A stretch of DNA of 32,000 bases, taken from NCBI RefSeq assembly GCF_036323395.1, contig NZ_AP028907.1, forward strand, positions 1,800,001 to 1,832,000, written 5' to 3'. The position numbers and the translations under genes are program-made. Shown here piece after piece: positions 1-6,882 of the stretch. Origin of the DNA: Pyrodictium abyssi (GTDB lineage: Archaea > Thermoproteota > Thermoprotei_A > Sulfolobales > Pyrodictiaceae). The notes beneath the pieces are model-generated. The model saw only the letters and a program-made list of their open reading frames with translations, was not told the origin of the DNA and made no database searches. Each line of letters opens with the position of its first letter. The first letter of the stretch is position 1.

Positions 1-300
1 AACCTGCTCCATCCTCTCCTCCAGGCGCTGCTGCCTCTCGGCGAGCCCCGCGAACCTCTCCTCGAGGCGGGCGAATCTCTCCTCAAGCCTAGTAATGCGC
101 TCCAGTATCTCCCGGTAGCCCAGCAGCCCCATCAACGCGTAGCGGAGTTCTGGGTCGGACTCGACGAGCTCTAGGAGAGCCCGCTTAAGCCTCCCAGCGT
201 CGATAGTATTGCTGGAGGACAAGGCATAGCCACCGCAGTGAACCCCGTCTAGCCTCCGGGTAGGACGTACGCCTATAGCCGCTAGAAGTAGCTTAGGCAC
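1..300 (-). CDS. Partial coiled-coil protein. The 3' end runs off the window. This is the maximal ORF; the start is uncertain (GTG 300, TTG 222 or ATG 132).
   Basis: My own minus-strand translation, not in the ORF track: ...LKRALLELVESDPELRYALMGLLGYREILERITRLEERFARLEERFAGLAERQQRLEERMEQV. The frame is open from TAA TAA at 310-315 to the window edge and contains tandem heptad LEERFA units. Confidence 0.4.
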   Translation of the reverse strand, partial: MPKLLLAAIGVRPTRRLDGVHCGGYALSSSNTIDAGRLKRALLELVESDPELRYALMGLLGYREILERITRLEERFARLEERFAGLAERQQRLEERMEQV

Positions 301-306
301 CGTAAA

Positions 307-318
307 CCCTTATTAAAC
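307..318 (-). promoter_or_regulatory. TATA-like box (minus strand GTTTAATAAGGG) for the partial coiled-coil gene.
   Basis: AT-rich box immediately downstream of the stop of ORF 339..728. Its position argues against the GTG at 300 as the start, because that codon is too close. Confidence 0.3.
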
Positions 319-338
319 ACCCCTGCAGCCCTCGATAG

Positions 339-728
339 CTACTCCGATGGGCTACTGAGGTATTCCTCTAGCTCCTGTTCCTCGCGCTCGAGCTCGTCGA
401 GGTTCTCGGGTATACGCTTGACCCGGAAGACTCCTATCCTGTAGTCGTAGAACTCGCTCGGCTCCGGGGGCTCAACCACAGCCACCAGCTCAGCCTCGGC
501 GCCCAGGTCCTCGAGGGTGTAGCGTAGGTCGTCTACCCAGTCGTTTATCCCGCACGTGGCGCAGAAGCTCCCCTCGAAGACCACGTAGGCCCGGTCCCCC
601 TGTATCTTTAGGAGCCGTGCGCGGGACTCTGCGCCGCGGTAGCGGTTGTAGCGGCGTATAGCCAGCTCCATTAGCCGGCGTAGGCGTTGCTCGTAGCCCG
701 GGTCGCGCCTGACAGCTAGCTGGCTCAC
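339..728 (-). CDS. Hypothetical protein, 129 aa, with a single CxxC (FCATCG) and an acidic C-terminus.
   Basis: ORF track. The composition is balanced and protein-like. It has a GTG start, and a TATA-like TTATTAA (minus strand) lies about 45 nt upstream at about 773-781. Family not recognised. Confidence 0.6.
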   Translation of the reverse strand: MSQLAVRRDPGYEQRLRRLMELAIRRYNRYRGAESRARLLKIQGDRAYVVFEGSFCATCGINDWVDDLRYTLEDLGAEAELVAVVEPPEPSEFYDYRIGVFRVKRIPENLDELEREEQELEEYLSSPSE

Positions 729-838
729 GGCTGGCTGGCACCCTAGGGTGTAGACACGCTTCCCTTAACACGCGTTAATAAGTGGTTAGCGCCGCCGCGG
801 GCCGCTGCACATCCTGCAGCGTCGCAGCGGGCTACCCT

Positions 839-846
839 AGATATAC
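839..846 (+). promoter_or_regulatory. TATA-like box AGATATAC for ORF 876..1178.
   Basis: It lies 30-37 nt upstream of the ATG at 876, the usual archaeal spacing for short or leaderless mRNAs. Confidence 0.35.
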
Positions 847-875
847 CGGGCACGGCGTATACTCAACCAGGGTGC

Positions 876-1178
876 ATGCCCGTGACCGAGCTTAGAGTAC
901 AGCTCCTCGGCTCCGAGAAGAGAGAAGACCTCTACACGGCCAGGCTCAGCGTAGAGTACGCTGGGCACAGCTACCAGCTAGAAGTCCCCCGCCTGGTACG
1001 CGAGCCCGCGCGGCTAAGCTTCCGGCTCCAGGGCGACTACCTGCTCATCGAGCTATTCGACCGGGAGGACAAGCCCCTAGCAACCTGCTGTATCCACAAA
1101 GGCCACCTGGATAAGGGCTGCCTAGACTGCCCCTCCCTCATACCCCCGCCCCGGGGCGAAGCCCAGGCCTGCAGGTAG
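876..1178 (+). CDS. Hypothetical protein, 100 aa, with a Cys/His-rich C-terminus (CCIHKGHLDKGCLDC).
   Basis: ORF track. It has an ATG start with an upstream TATA-like box. Family not recognised. Confidence 0.45.
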   Translation: MPVTELRVQLLGSEKREDLYTARLSVEYAGHSYQLEVPRLVREPARLSFRLQGDYLLIELFDREDKPLATCCIHKGHLDKGCLDCPSLIPPPRGEAQACR

Positions 1179-1410
1179 CCCGGGGGCCGCACCGTTTATC
1201 CCGCCCAGGCGCCCCATAACCCGGCGTGGAGGGCCGTGGGGCTCCCCCGGCCCCGCCCCGCCGACTGGGCCGCGTGCCGGCCCGCCCAGCGACACGGAGG
1301 GGAGGAGGCGGGGACCGGCAAGGCCGGTATACCCTCCACCCCCTACCCCCCTTGTCTGTGCTCCATCCTCTGCGGGGCAGAGCCCTAGGCACTCTGGTAG
1401 CCCCCGAGGG
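1179..1410. ncRNA. Candidate structured RNA or long structured 5' leader. Identity and strand unknown.
   Basis: Non-coding spacer of about 75% GC (hand count). A 7-bp all-GC closing helix pairs 1181-1187 with 1400-1406. There is an extended imperfect hairpin at 1296-1347 and a hairpin at 1267-1283. No credible ORF is present. I found no SRP RNA or RNase P RNA signature motifs. Confidence 0.2.
1195..1199 (+). promoter_or_regulatory. Possible TATA element (TTTAT), the only AT island in the GC-rich spacer.
   Basis: The TATAG at about 1418-1422 is too close to the ATG at 1439 to serve as its TATA box. If the box at 1195 is used, the transcript would start near 1220. Confidence 0.2.
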
Positions 1411-1438
1411 TCCCTCCGTATAGCTGGGCTGGCCAGAG

Positions 1439-2374
1439 ATGGACAAGTGTCTCGAGATACGTGGCGCCTCCAAGCAGTACCCGGGCGGCATAGTGGCAGT
1501 GGACGGTGTAAGCCTCACAGCCAGCTGCGGCACCGTCACCGCGCTGCTTGGGCCCAATGGGAGCGGGAAGAGCACCCTACTAGCCATGGCCGCGGGAGTG
1601 CTGAGGCCTAGCAGCGGAGTCTTCCTCGTCGCCGGGCTCGAGGTCTGGGGGCCCCGTGGCAGGGACGCCCGGAGGCTCCTCGGCTACATGCCGCAGGCTG
1701 AGCCGTTCCACCCGCTGCTCACCGGCTGGGAGAACCTCGCGCTCCACGCCTCCATGAGGGGTGTCCGGCTCGACCGGGGCCTGGTCCTAGAGCTCGCAGA
1801 GGAGCTGGGCCTCGGCCGGGAGGCGCTGGGCCGGCGCGTCGGCGGCTACAGCGGGGGTATGAAGAGGAAGCTCGCGCTCATAGCGGCTGTGCTCCACCAG
1901 CCCCGGGTGCTCCTCCTCGACGAGCCGGACTCGGGTCTTGATCCAGGCTCGCGGCGCCGGCTCGCAGAGGTTCTCCGGCGGCTAGCCCGCAGCGGCGCCG
2001 CTGTGGTCTTCACCACGCATATCGGCTGGAGCGCTGCCCACGCTGACCAAGTAGTGTTTATGCACCGGGGCAGGGTGGTGGCCGAGGGCGCGCCGGGCGA
2101 GCTCGTGGAGAAGTACAGTCCGTGGCACCTAGTGGAGCTGGAGGCGGCCGACCCCGAGGGGCTCCGCGCTGAGCTGGAGAGGCTCGGGGGCGTCGAGAGG
2201 GTCGAGGCCAGGGATGGCGTCCTGGTGGTGGCTGTGAGGGGTGGGCCGGACGCGCTAGCCGCCGTGGCCCGGGCGGCTGCGCGGCACGGACTACGCCGCC
2301 TCTCGGCGAGGGAGCCGGGCATCGAGGACGCGTTCCTCGCCGCCACAGGCCAGCCCCTGGGGGAGGAACGCTAG
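1439..2374 (+). CDS. ABC transporter ATP-binding protein (ABC-2/CcmA type).
   Basis: Walker A LLGPNGSGKST, signature YSGGMKRK, Walker B LLLDEPDSGLD, and an H-loop TTH. It also has a C-terminal accessory domain. Confidence 0.9.
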   Translation: MDKCLEIRGASKQYPGGIVAVDGVSLTASCGTVTALLGPNGSGKSTLLAMAAGVLRPSSGVFLVAGLEVWGPRGRDARRLLGYMPQAEPFHPLLTGWENLALHASMRGVRLDRGLVLELAEELGLGREALGRRVGGYSGGMKRKLALIAAVLHQPRVLLLDEPDSGLDPGSRRRLAEVLRRLARSGAAVVFTTHIGWSAAHADQVVFMHRGRVVAEGAPGELVEKYSPWHLVELEAADPEGLRAELERLGGVERVEARDGVLVVAVRGGPDALAAVARAAARHGLRRLSAREPGIEDAFLAATGQPLGEER

Positions 2375-2381
2375 GAGGTGA
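2374..2381 (+). promoter_or_regulatory. Shine-Dalgarno-like GGAGGTGA for the permease gene.
   Basis: It matches the complement of the archaeal 16S 3' end and lies 8 nt upstream of the in-frame ATG at 2390. This favours 2390 over the GTG at 2378 as the start. Confidence 0.45.
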
Positions 2382-3604
2382 CACCGGGGATGGGGTTCCT
2401 GGCCGGCTATCTGGCTGCGCAGCTGCGGATACTCCTTCGTAGCAGGTCCACACTGTTCTGGGTAGTAGTCTTCCCGCTGATAATGACGCTGCTATTCACC
2501 TCCCTATGGGGTAAGCCAGCAACGCCTAAGATAGACCTAGGGCTCGTAGTGGAGGACGAGCACACGGCGATAGTCGAGGGCATTGTGAGGGGTATCAACG
2601 CCACACCGATGGTAGACGACCTCATAGTGCTGGATAGCAGGGAGGAGCTGCTAGAGCAGCTACGGGCGCCCCCGCCACGAGGCGTAGACGTGGGCATCGT
2701 GGTGCCCCAGGGCTTCTCCCGCAACATATCCACTGGGCGCCAGGCCTGCCTAGAGCTGCTCTACCTCGACACACCGAGCTCCTGGACCAACACCTCGCTG
2801 GCCATAGCCCGGGGCATCGTGGACGAGCTGTCCAGGCGCATAAGGGAGCACTTCCTCGAAGCCGCTCTGAGGTATACGCCGCAGCAGTACCGGCCCTACG
2901 TGGTAGCGCTAGCTGAGCCGGTGAAGGTCCGGGTAGAGCCCGTGGAGCCAGAGACCGCTGTCACCGAGGCGCAGGTCAAGGCGTGGATAGCGCTCTCGAT
3001 GGCTGTGGTCGAGGCGCTCTTCATAGGATTGCTTGTCGGGGCTACTAGCTTCCACGAGGAGAAGAGGCTAGGCATGTTGCCGGCGCTGCTCTCGAGCCCC
3101 CTGGGCTCCTGGAGCCTACTAGCCGCGCGGCTGCTTACAGCGCTACTCTACACCGGCATAGCCTCAGCCGTAGCCATAGCCGCGGGAGCGCTAGCCGGCG
3201 CCGAGTACTCCGCCAGCCCAGCCGCCGTAGCCGTGGCCGCCGCCATGATAGCCCTCGCAACGTTGTTCTCGGCCTCGATAGGCCTAGTCATATCGGGGCT
3301 AGCGAAGAGACAAGAGGCCGCCGAGGCCATGGCCAACGCTGTGGCGTTCCCCCTCATGTTCATAGGGGGTATATGGGTGCCCAAGTGGATGCTCCCGCCA
3401 CTCCTACAGAGGCTAGCCGAGGTACTCCCCGTAAGCCGTATGGCTGACGCTGCCCGAGCCGTGATAGTCTACGGGCAGGGCCCTGGCGAGGCCCTAGCCG
3501 AGCACACGCCGCCCACCGTGCTCGCCGCGACAGCCGTGTTCCTGGCTATAGGCGTCCTACTGTATAGGCGCTTGCTCGAGAAGAGCATAGAGCACCCCGG
3601 GTGA
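2378..3604 (+). CDS. ABC-2 family transporter permease. The start is probably the ATG at 2390.
   Basis: It has an N-terminal TM helix, a large extracytoplasmic loop and a C-terminal bundle of about 5 TM helices. It begins 4 nt after the ATPase gene. Confidence 0.8.
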   Translation: MTPGMGFLAGYLAAQLRILLRSRSTLFWVVVFPLIMTLLFTSLWGKPATPKIDLGLVVEDEHTAIVEGIVRGINATPMVDDLIVLDSREELLEQLRAPPPRGVDVGIVVPQGFSRNISTGRQACLELLYLDTPSSWTNTSLAIARGIVDELSRRIREHFLEAALRYTPQQYRPYVVALAEPVKVRVEPVEPETAVTEAQVKAWIALSMAVVEALFIGLLVGATSFHEEKRLGMLPALLSSPLGSWSLLAARLLTALLYTGIASAVAIAAGALAGAEYSASPAAVAVAAAMIALATLFSASIGLVISGLAKRQEAAEAMANAVAFPLMFIGGIWVPKWMLPPLLQRLAEVLPVSRMADAARAVIVYGQGPGEALAEHTPPTVLAATAVFLAIGVLLYRRLLEKSIEHPG

Positions 3605-3611
3605 AGCAGGG

Positions 3612-4268
3612 ATGGCCGAGCGCCGCGAGCTGCTAGAGATGCTGAAGAGGATAGAGGAGAAGCTCTACGCGGGCTGGAACCTCTACAGCGCCCTAGCCTT
3701 CCTCTACTGGATACCAGTCCTAGGCACATACATGGCCATAGCCAGTACAAGCTGGTTCATGGGGCTCAGCGAGGACGCGAAAGGCTTGTTTAGCGCTGCC
3801 TACTGGGTAGCCGCTGTAATGCTCTCCTTCACCTTCTACAGGACGCTGCTGAAGAAGTACATAGAGAGGCTTATAGCGAGCCTTAGCAGCGAGTGCAGCG
3901 AGAACTGCTACAGGGAGAAGAGGCATTGCAACCTGTTCAGCGCCGTGTCGTGGCTGCTAGGGTTCCTCCTCGCGCCCGGCATCGGCGCCGCTCTTGAGCC
4001 CCTCCTAGGCCCCGAGAGGGGGCAAGCAGCCGGACTCCTAGCATTCATAACCGTGGGCACTCTGGGAGTCGCTCTCGCCGAGTACTGCGCGTCGAAGAAG
4101 AGGCCGCTAAGCCTAGTAGCGCCCTCAGCGACAGCTGCGGGGATGCTGCTGCTACCGCTCGTGCCCCCCGACGTAGACGCAGCCTACGCCTTCGCTAGCT
4201 CGGTTATAGTCGTGGGCTATAGTGTTACAGCTGCCCTCTACGTGCTCGCTGCACTACGGCGCCTCTAG
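3612..4268 (+). CDS. Polytopic membrane protein of unknown family, co-oriented in the ABC operon.
   Basis: ORF track. It has an amphipathic N-terminus followed by 5-6 hydrophobic segments, and begins 7 nt after the permease stop. Confidence 0.6.
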   Translation: MAERRELLEMLKRIEEKLYAGWNLYSALAFLYWIPVLGTYMAIASTSWFMGLSEDAKGLFSAAYWVAAVMLSFTFYRTLLKKYIERLIASLSSECSENCYREKRHCNLFSAVSWLLGFLLAPGIGAALEPLLGPERGQAAGLLAFITVGTLGVALAEYCASKKRPLSLVAPSATAAGMLLLPLVPPDVDAAYAFASSVIVVGYSVTAALYVLAALRRL

Positions 4269-4301
4269 CAGGCTACACAGGGTGGCAGTGGCTGGTGGAC
4301 T

Positions 4302-4706
4302 GTGCCCGGCGAGGAAGAGATACGTAGGGCGCTAGAGCTGCTACGGCGGAGCCCTCTCCAGAGCCCGGTCCGGCTCGCTGTCATGCTGCTACTTGCTGCC
4401 CGCCACAGCATGGAGTTCTCCGACCTGCAGCGCGCCCTCGGGGTGACACCGGGCAATCTTTGGAGCCACTTGGAGAAGCTTAGAAAGGCTGGGCTTGTGA
4501 GAGTACGGTACCGGCCATGGCCGGGCCAGGGCCCGCGGATGATAGTCGAGGCTACCGGGGAGGGCTTAGAGGCGCTGTTTAGGCACCTACACGCTCTAAG
4601 AGTCCTAGAGGAGGCAGCGGGCAGCGGCCGAGAGGAGGCCGGCGGCAGTGGAGCCGGGGCTGAGGAGGAGGCTGCTAGGCTACGCCGAGGCAGTGGGGCT
4701 GTCTAG
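4302..4706 (+). CDS. Winged-helix (ArsR-like) transcriptional regulator.
   Basis: SPVRLAVMLLLAARHSMEFSDLQRALGVTPGNLWSHLEKLRKAGLVRVRY is a typical HTH-plus-wing pattern. The tail is acidic and Gly-rich. Confidence 0.7.
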   Translation: MPGEEEIRRALELLRRSPLQSPVRLAVMLLLAARHSMEFSDLQRALGVTPGNLWSHLEKLRKAGLVRVRYRPWPGQGPRMIVEATGEGLEALFRHLHALRVLEEAAGSGREEAGGSGAGAEEEAARLRRGSGAV

Positions 4707-6780
4707 GTACCGGGGGCTCCTAGTACTACACTCGGCCGAGCCGGGCAGGGCGGCAGAGGAGCTTGTAGAGCTGCTAGGGGGCAGCGGGGGCTGCATAGCG
4801 GCTGCGCCCCGCCGGCTCCTCCCATCCTGCCCCGGGGGCTGCCGCTGCGTCTCGCCGGGCGGGTTCCAGGGCGCCCTAGGCCAGGAGGCGCGGCTGGTGG
4901 TGATAGCCACTGATGGGCTCCTACGCCCCAACCTCGTCGCTGGCCTCGCCGGCGCTGTGTCTGCTGGCGGCCTGCTAGCAGTCACCGCGCCCCCGCTGGA
5001 CAGGTGGAGCCCGGGCCCCGCGGGCGGTGCTGGCGGCTACCGCCGGTACCTCCTCGACGCGCTGCGCCGCGCCCCCGTCGTGCTCTGGGCGGACGCGGAC
5101 ACGGGTAGGGTGTACGCGGAGCGGAGGCCTCGCGGGCGGGCCGGGGAGTGGAGGCTGGGCTCTAGGGGGTATAGGCCCCGTCACGCTGTGCCCAGGGCCC
5201 TGCTAGGCCTAGCTGTGACGCCGAGCCAGGCCCGCGCGCTCGACGCTTTCGCTGGCTTCCTCTCGGGCAGGCAGCGGAGCTTCCTGGTGACCGGGGACCG
5301 GGGGCGCGGGAAGAGCTTCCTACTAGGCCTGGCCGCCGTGCTGGCCGTGCGGCGGGGCGCTCTCGGCGAGGCGGTGGCCGTCGCGCCGGAGCCTGCCGGG
5401 CTCACTAGCTTCTTCGAGGGCCTCGTCCGGGGCCTCGACGCCCTCCGGGTGCGCCACCGGGTCCGGCGGCGGGGCGGAGACGTCGTAGCGGTGACGGGGC
5501 CCTGGTTCCGTGTAGCCTACCAGCCCGTGGACTCCGCGAAGCCCGCAGCCTTCCTGGTCGTGGACGAGGCTGGGGCCGTCGGCGTGGCGAGGCTGCGGAG
5601 GCTGTCGTGGAGGAGCGGCCGGGTGCTCGTAGCTACCACGATCCACGGCTACGAGGGGAGCGGCCGGGTCTTCGCCCACATGGTCGGGGAGGTTCTGCCC
5701 AGGCCCCTGGCCTCGGTGGAGCTCGCTGAGCCTGTGAGGTACCCGCCCGGTGACCCCCTCGAGGAGTGGGTAAACGAGACGTTCATGCTCCGGCCCGACC
5801 CGGAGCCCCCCGGCCCCGAGGGGGAGCTGGTCTACGAGCAGGTGCCCGCCGAGAAGCTCGCCTCTGAGCCGCGCCTCCTACGCGCCGTCTACAGCCTCTT
5901 GGCGCTCGCCCACTACCGGGGCGAGCCGGACTACCTCCTCGTCCTCCTAGAGTCGAGGACCCATACCGTGCACGTGCTGCGCAGCGGAGGCAGCATCGTG
6001 GCCGTGGCGGACGTCGGGCTAGAGGACTGGGGGCAGCCAGAGGAGGGGAGGCTGGGCCTAACACTCCTCTCCCTCCAGGCAGAGGGGGCGGAGGGCCTCC
6101 GGGCTGCGCGGGTGGTCAGGATAGCTGTGCACCCCGGGCTACAGCGCCGCGGGCTAGGCACCCGCCTACTAGGCTACGTGGAGGAGTGGGCCCGGAGCCG
6201 CGGGGTTGACCTGGTTACGGCCGTGTTCGGGAGGCATGACGTGCTCGGGTTCTGGCTCCGGGCCGGCTATACCCCGTTCTACGTGAGCCCGAGGTTCAAC
6301 AGGTACACGGGAGAGAAGAACATCGGCGTCGCGAAGCCCCTCACCGCTGCCGGGCGGCGCGTCCTCGAGGAGGCTGCGCGGGAGCTGCGCCTCCGCCTAC
6401 TCTTCTCCGCGCACAGCGTCTACCGCGACCTAGCAGCCGAGAAGATAGCCGCGCTCCTACGGGCCCTACCCAGCGTAGAGCCCGCTATCGGCCTCACGCC
6501 GGGCCAGAAGAGGAGGCTCTGTATGCACCTCCGGGGCCTCGCTGAGGCTGAGCAGGCGCTCGACGCCCTCTACCTGGCCGCCGCCATAGCGCTCTCCCGG
6601 CGCGAGGCCGCCGAAGGGCTAGGCGAGCGTAGACTACTGCTCGCCGTGGCTAGGCTCCTACAGGGGAAGCCGCCGGACGAGGCCGCCGAGATAGCTGGCA
6701 TACCGGTTGGGCAGCTGCCCGGAGAGCTTCGCGGCCTGGCAGAGTTCCTGGCTGATGCGGCTGGCGTCGTGTGCGGCTAG
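4648..6780 (+). CDS. tmcA: tRNA(Met) cytidine acetyltransferase TmcA / Nat10 homologue. The start is uncertain (4648 or the GTG at 4693).
   Basis: Helicase-like Walker A GDRGRGKS, Walker B VVDEAGAV, TTIHGYEGSGR, and a C-terminal GNAT motif RIAVHPGLQRRGLGTRLL. Confidence 0.85.
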   Translation: MEPGLRRRLLGYAEAVGLSRYRGLLVLHSAEPGRAAEELVELLGGSGGCIAAAPRRLLPSCPGGCRCVSPGGFQGALGQEARLVVIATDGLLRPNLVAGLAGAVSAGGLLAVTAPPLDRWSPGPAGGAGGYRRYLLDALRRAPVVLWADADTGRVYAERRPRGRAGEWRLGSRGYRPRHAVPRALLGLAVTPSQARALDAFAGFLSGRQRSFLVTGDRGRGKSFLLGLAAVLAVRRGALGEAVAVAPEPAGLTSFFEGLVRGLDALRVRHRVRRRGGDVVAVTGPWFRVAYQPVDSAKPAAFLVVDEAGAVGVARLRRLSWRSGRVLVATTIHGYEGSGRVFAHMVGEVLPRPLASVELAEPVRYPPGDPLEEWVNETFMLRPDPEPPGPEGELVYEQVPAEKLASEPRLLRAVYSLLALAHYRGEPDYLLVLLESRTHTVHVLRSGGSIVAVADVGLEDWGQPEEGRLGLTLLSLQAEGAEGLRAARVVRIAVHPGLQRRGLGTRLLGYVEEWARSRGVDLVTAVFGRHDVLGFWLRAGYTPFYVSPRFNRYTGEKNIGVAKPLTAAGRRVLEEAARELRLRLLFSAHSVYRDLAAEKIAALLRALPSVEPAIGLTPGQKRRLCMHLRGLAEAEQALDALYLAAAIALSRREAAEGLGERRLLLAVARLLQGKPPDEAAEIAGIPVGQLPGELRGLAEFLADAAGVVCG

Positions 6781-6814
6781 CCTGGGCGAGGAGAGGGGAT
6801 ATAGGAGGTAATCC

Positions 6815-6864
6815 CACGGTACCAGTGTCTACACGGTATAGACGGGAGGTGTCTAGCCACGGGT
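6815..6864. repeat. Short direct repeats flanking a TATA-like box: CACGGTA at 6815 and 6832, CACGGGT at 6858, and GTGTCTA at 6825 and 6849.
   Basis: Read directly: CACGGTAccaGTGTCTACACGGTATAGACgggagGTGTCTAgcCACGGGTA. This lies immediately upstream of the GTG at 6883. Confidence 0.5.
6837..6842 (+). promoter_or_regulatory. TATA-like TATAGA for the ATPase gene at 6883.
   Basis: It lies about 41-46 nt upstream of the GTG start and is embedded in the repeat set above. Confidence 0.3.
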
Positions 6865-6882
6865 AGCCGCCGGGACAGCTAC

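Noticed and set aside
804-828. Alternative hairpins GCTGCA-catcc-TGCAGC and CCGCTGC...GCAGCGG in the 729-875 divergent spacer.
   Set aside because: The stems are short (6-7 bp) in a promoter region, and there is no further support. Noted only.
1179-1438. The GC-rich spacer as SRP (7S) RNA or RNase P RNA.
   Set aside because: I could not find the near-universal helix-8 GGAAGGGAGCA-type SRP motif or the GGAAAGUCC-type RNase P CR-I motif. The length is also short for both. It is kept only as an unclassified candidate.
1138-1587. Long shadow ORFs with Arg/Pro/Gly/Ser-rich translations. Examples are 1138..1587, 1226..1423, 1846..2346, 2058..2453, 4680..4985, 5323..5679, 5783..6064, 7602..8111, 13155..13415, 15951..16253, 23915..24328 and 27799..28077.
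   Set aside because: They lie antisense to, or out of frame with, well-supported genes. Their composition is typical of open non-coding frames in GC-rich DNA, and they have no recognisable motifs.
4648-4706. The 59-nt same-strand overlap between the ArsR-like gene and tmcA, considered as a possible fusion or frameshift.
   Set aside because: It is more simply explained by an over-extended tmcA start. An in-frame GTG at 4693 reduces the overlap to 14 nt.
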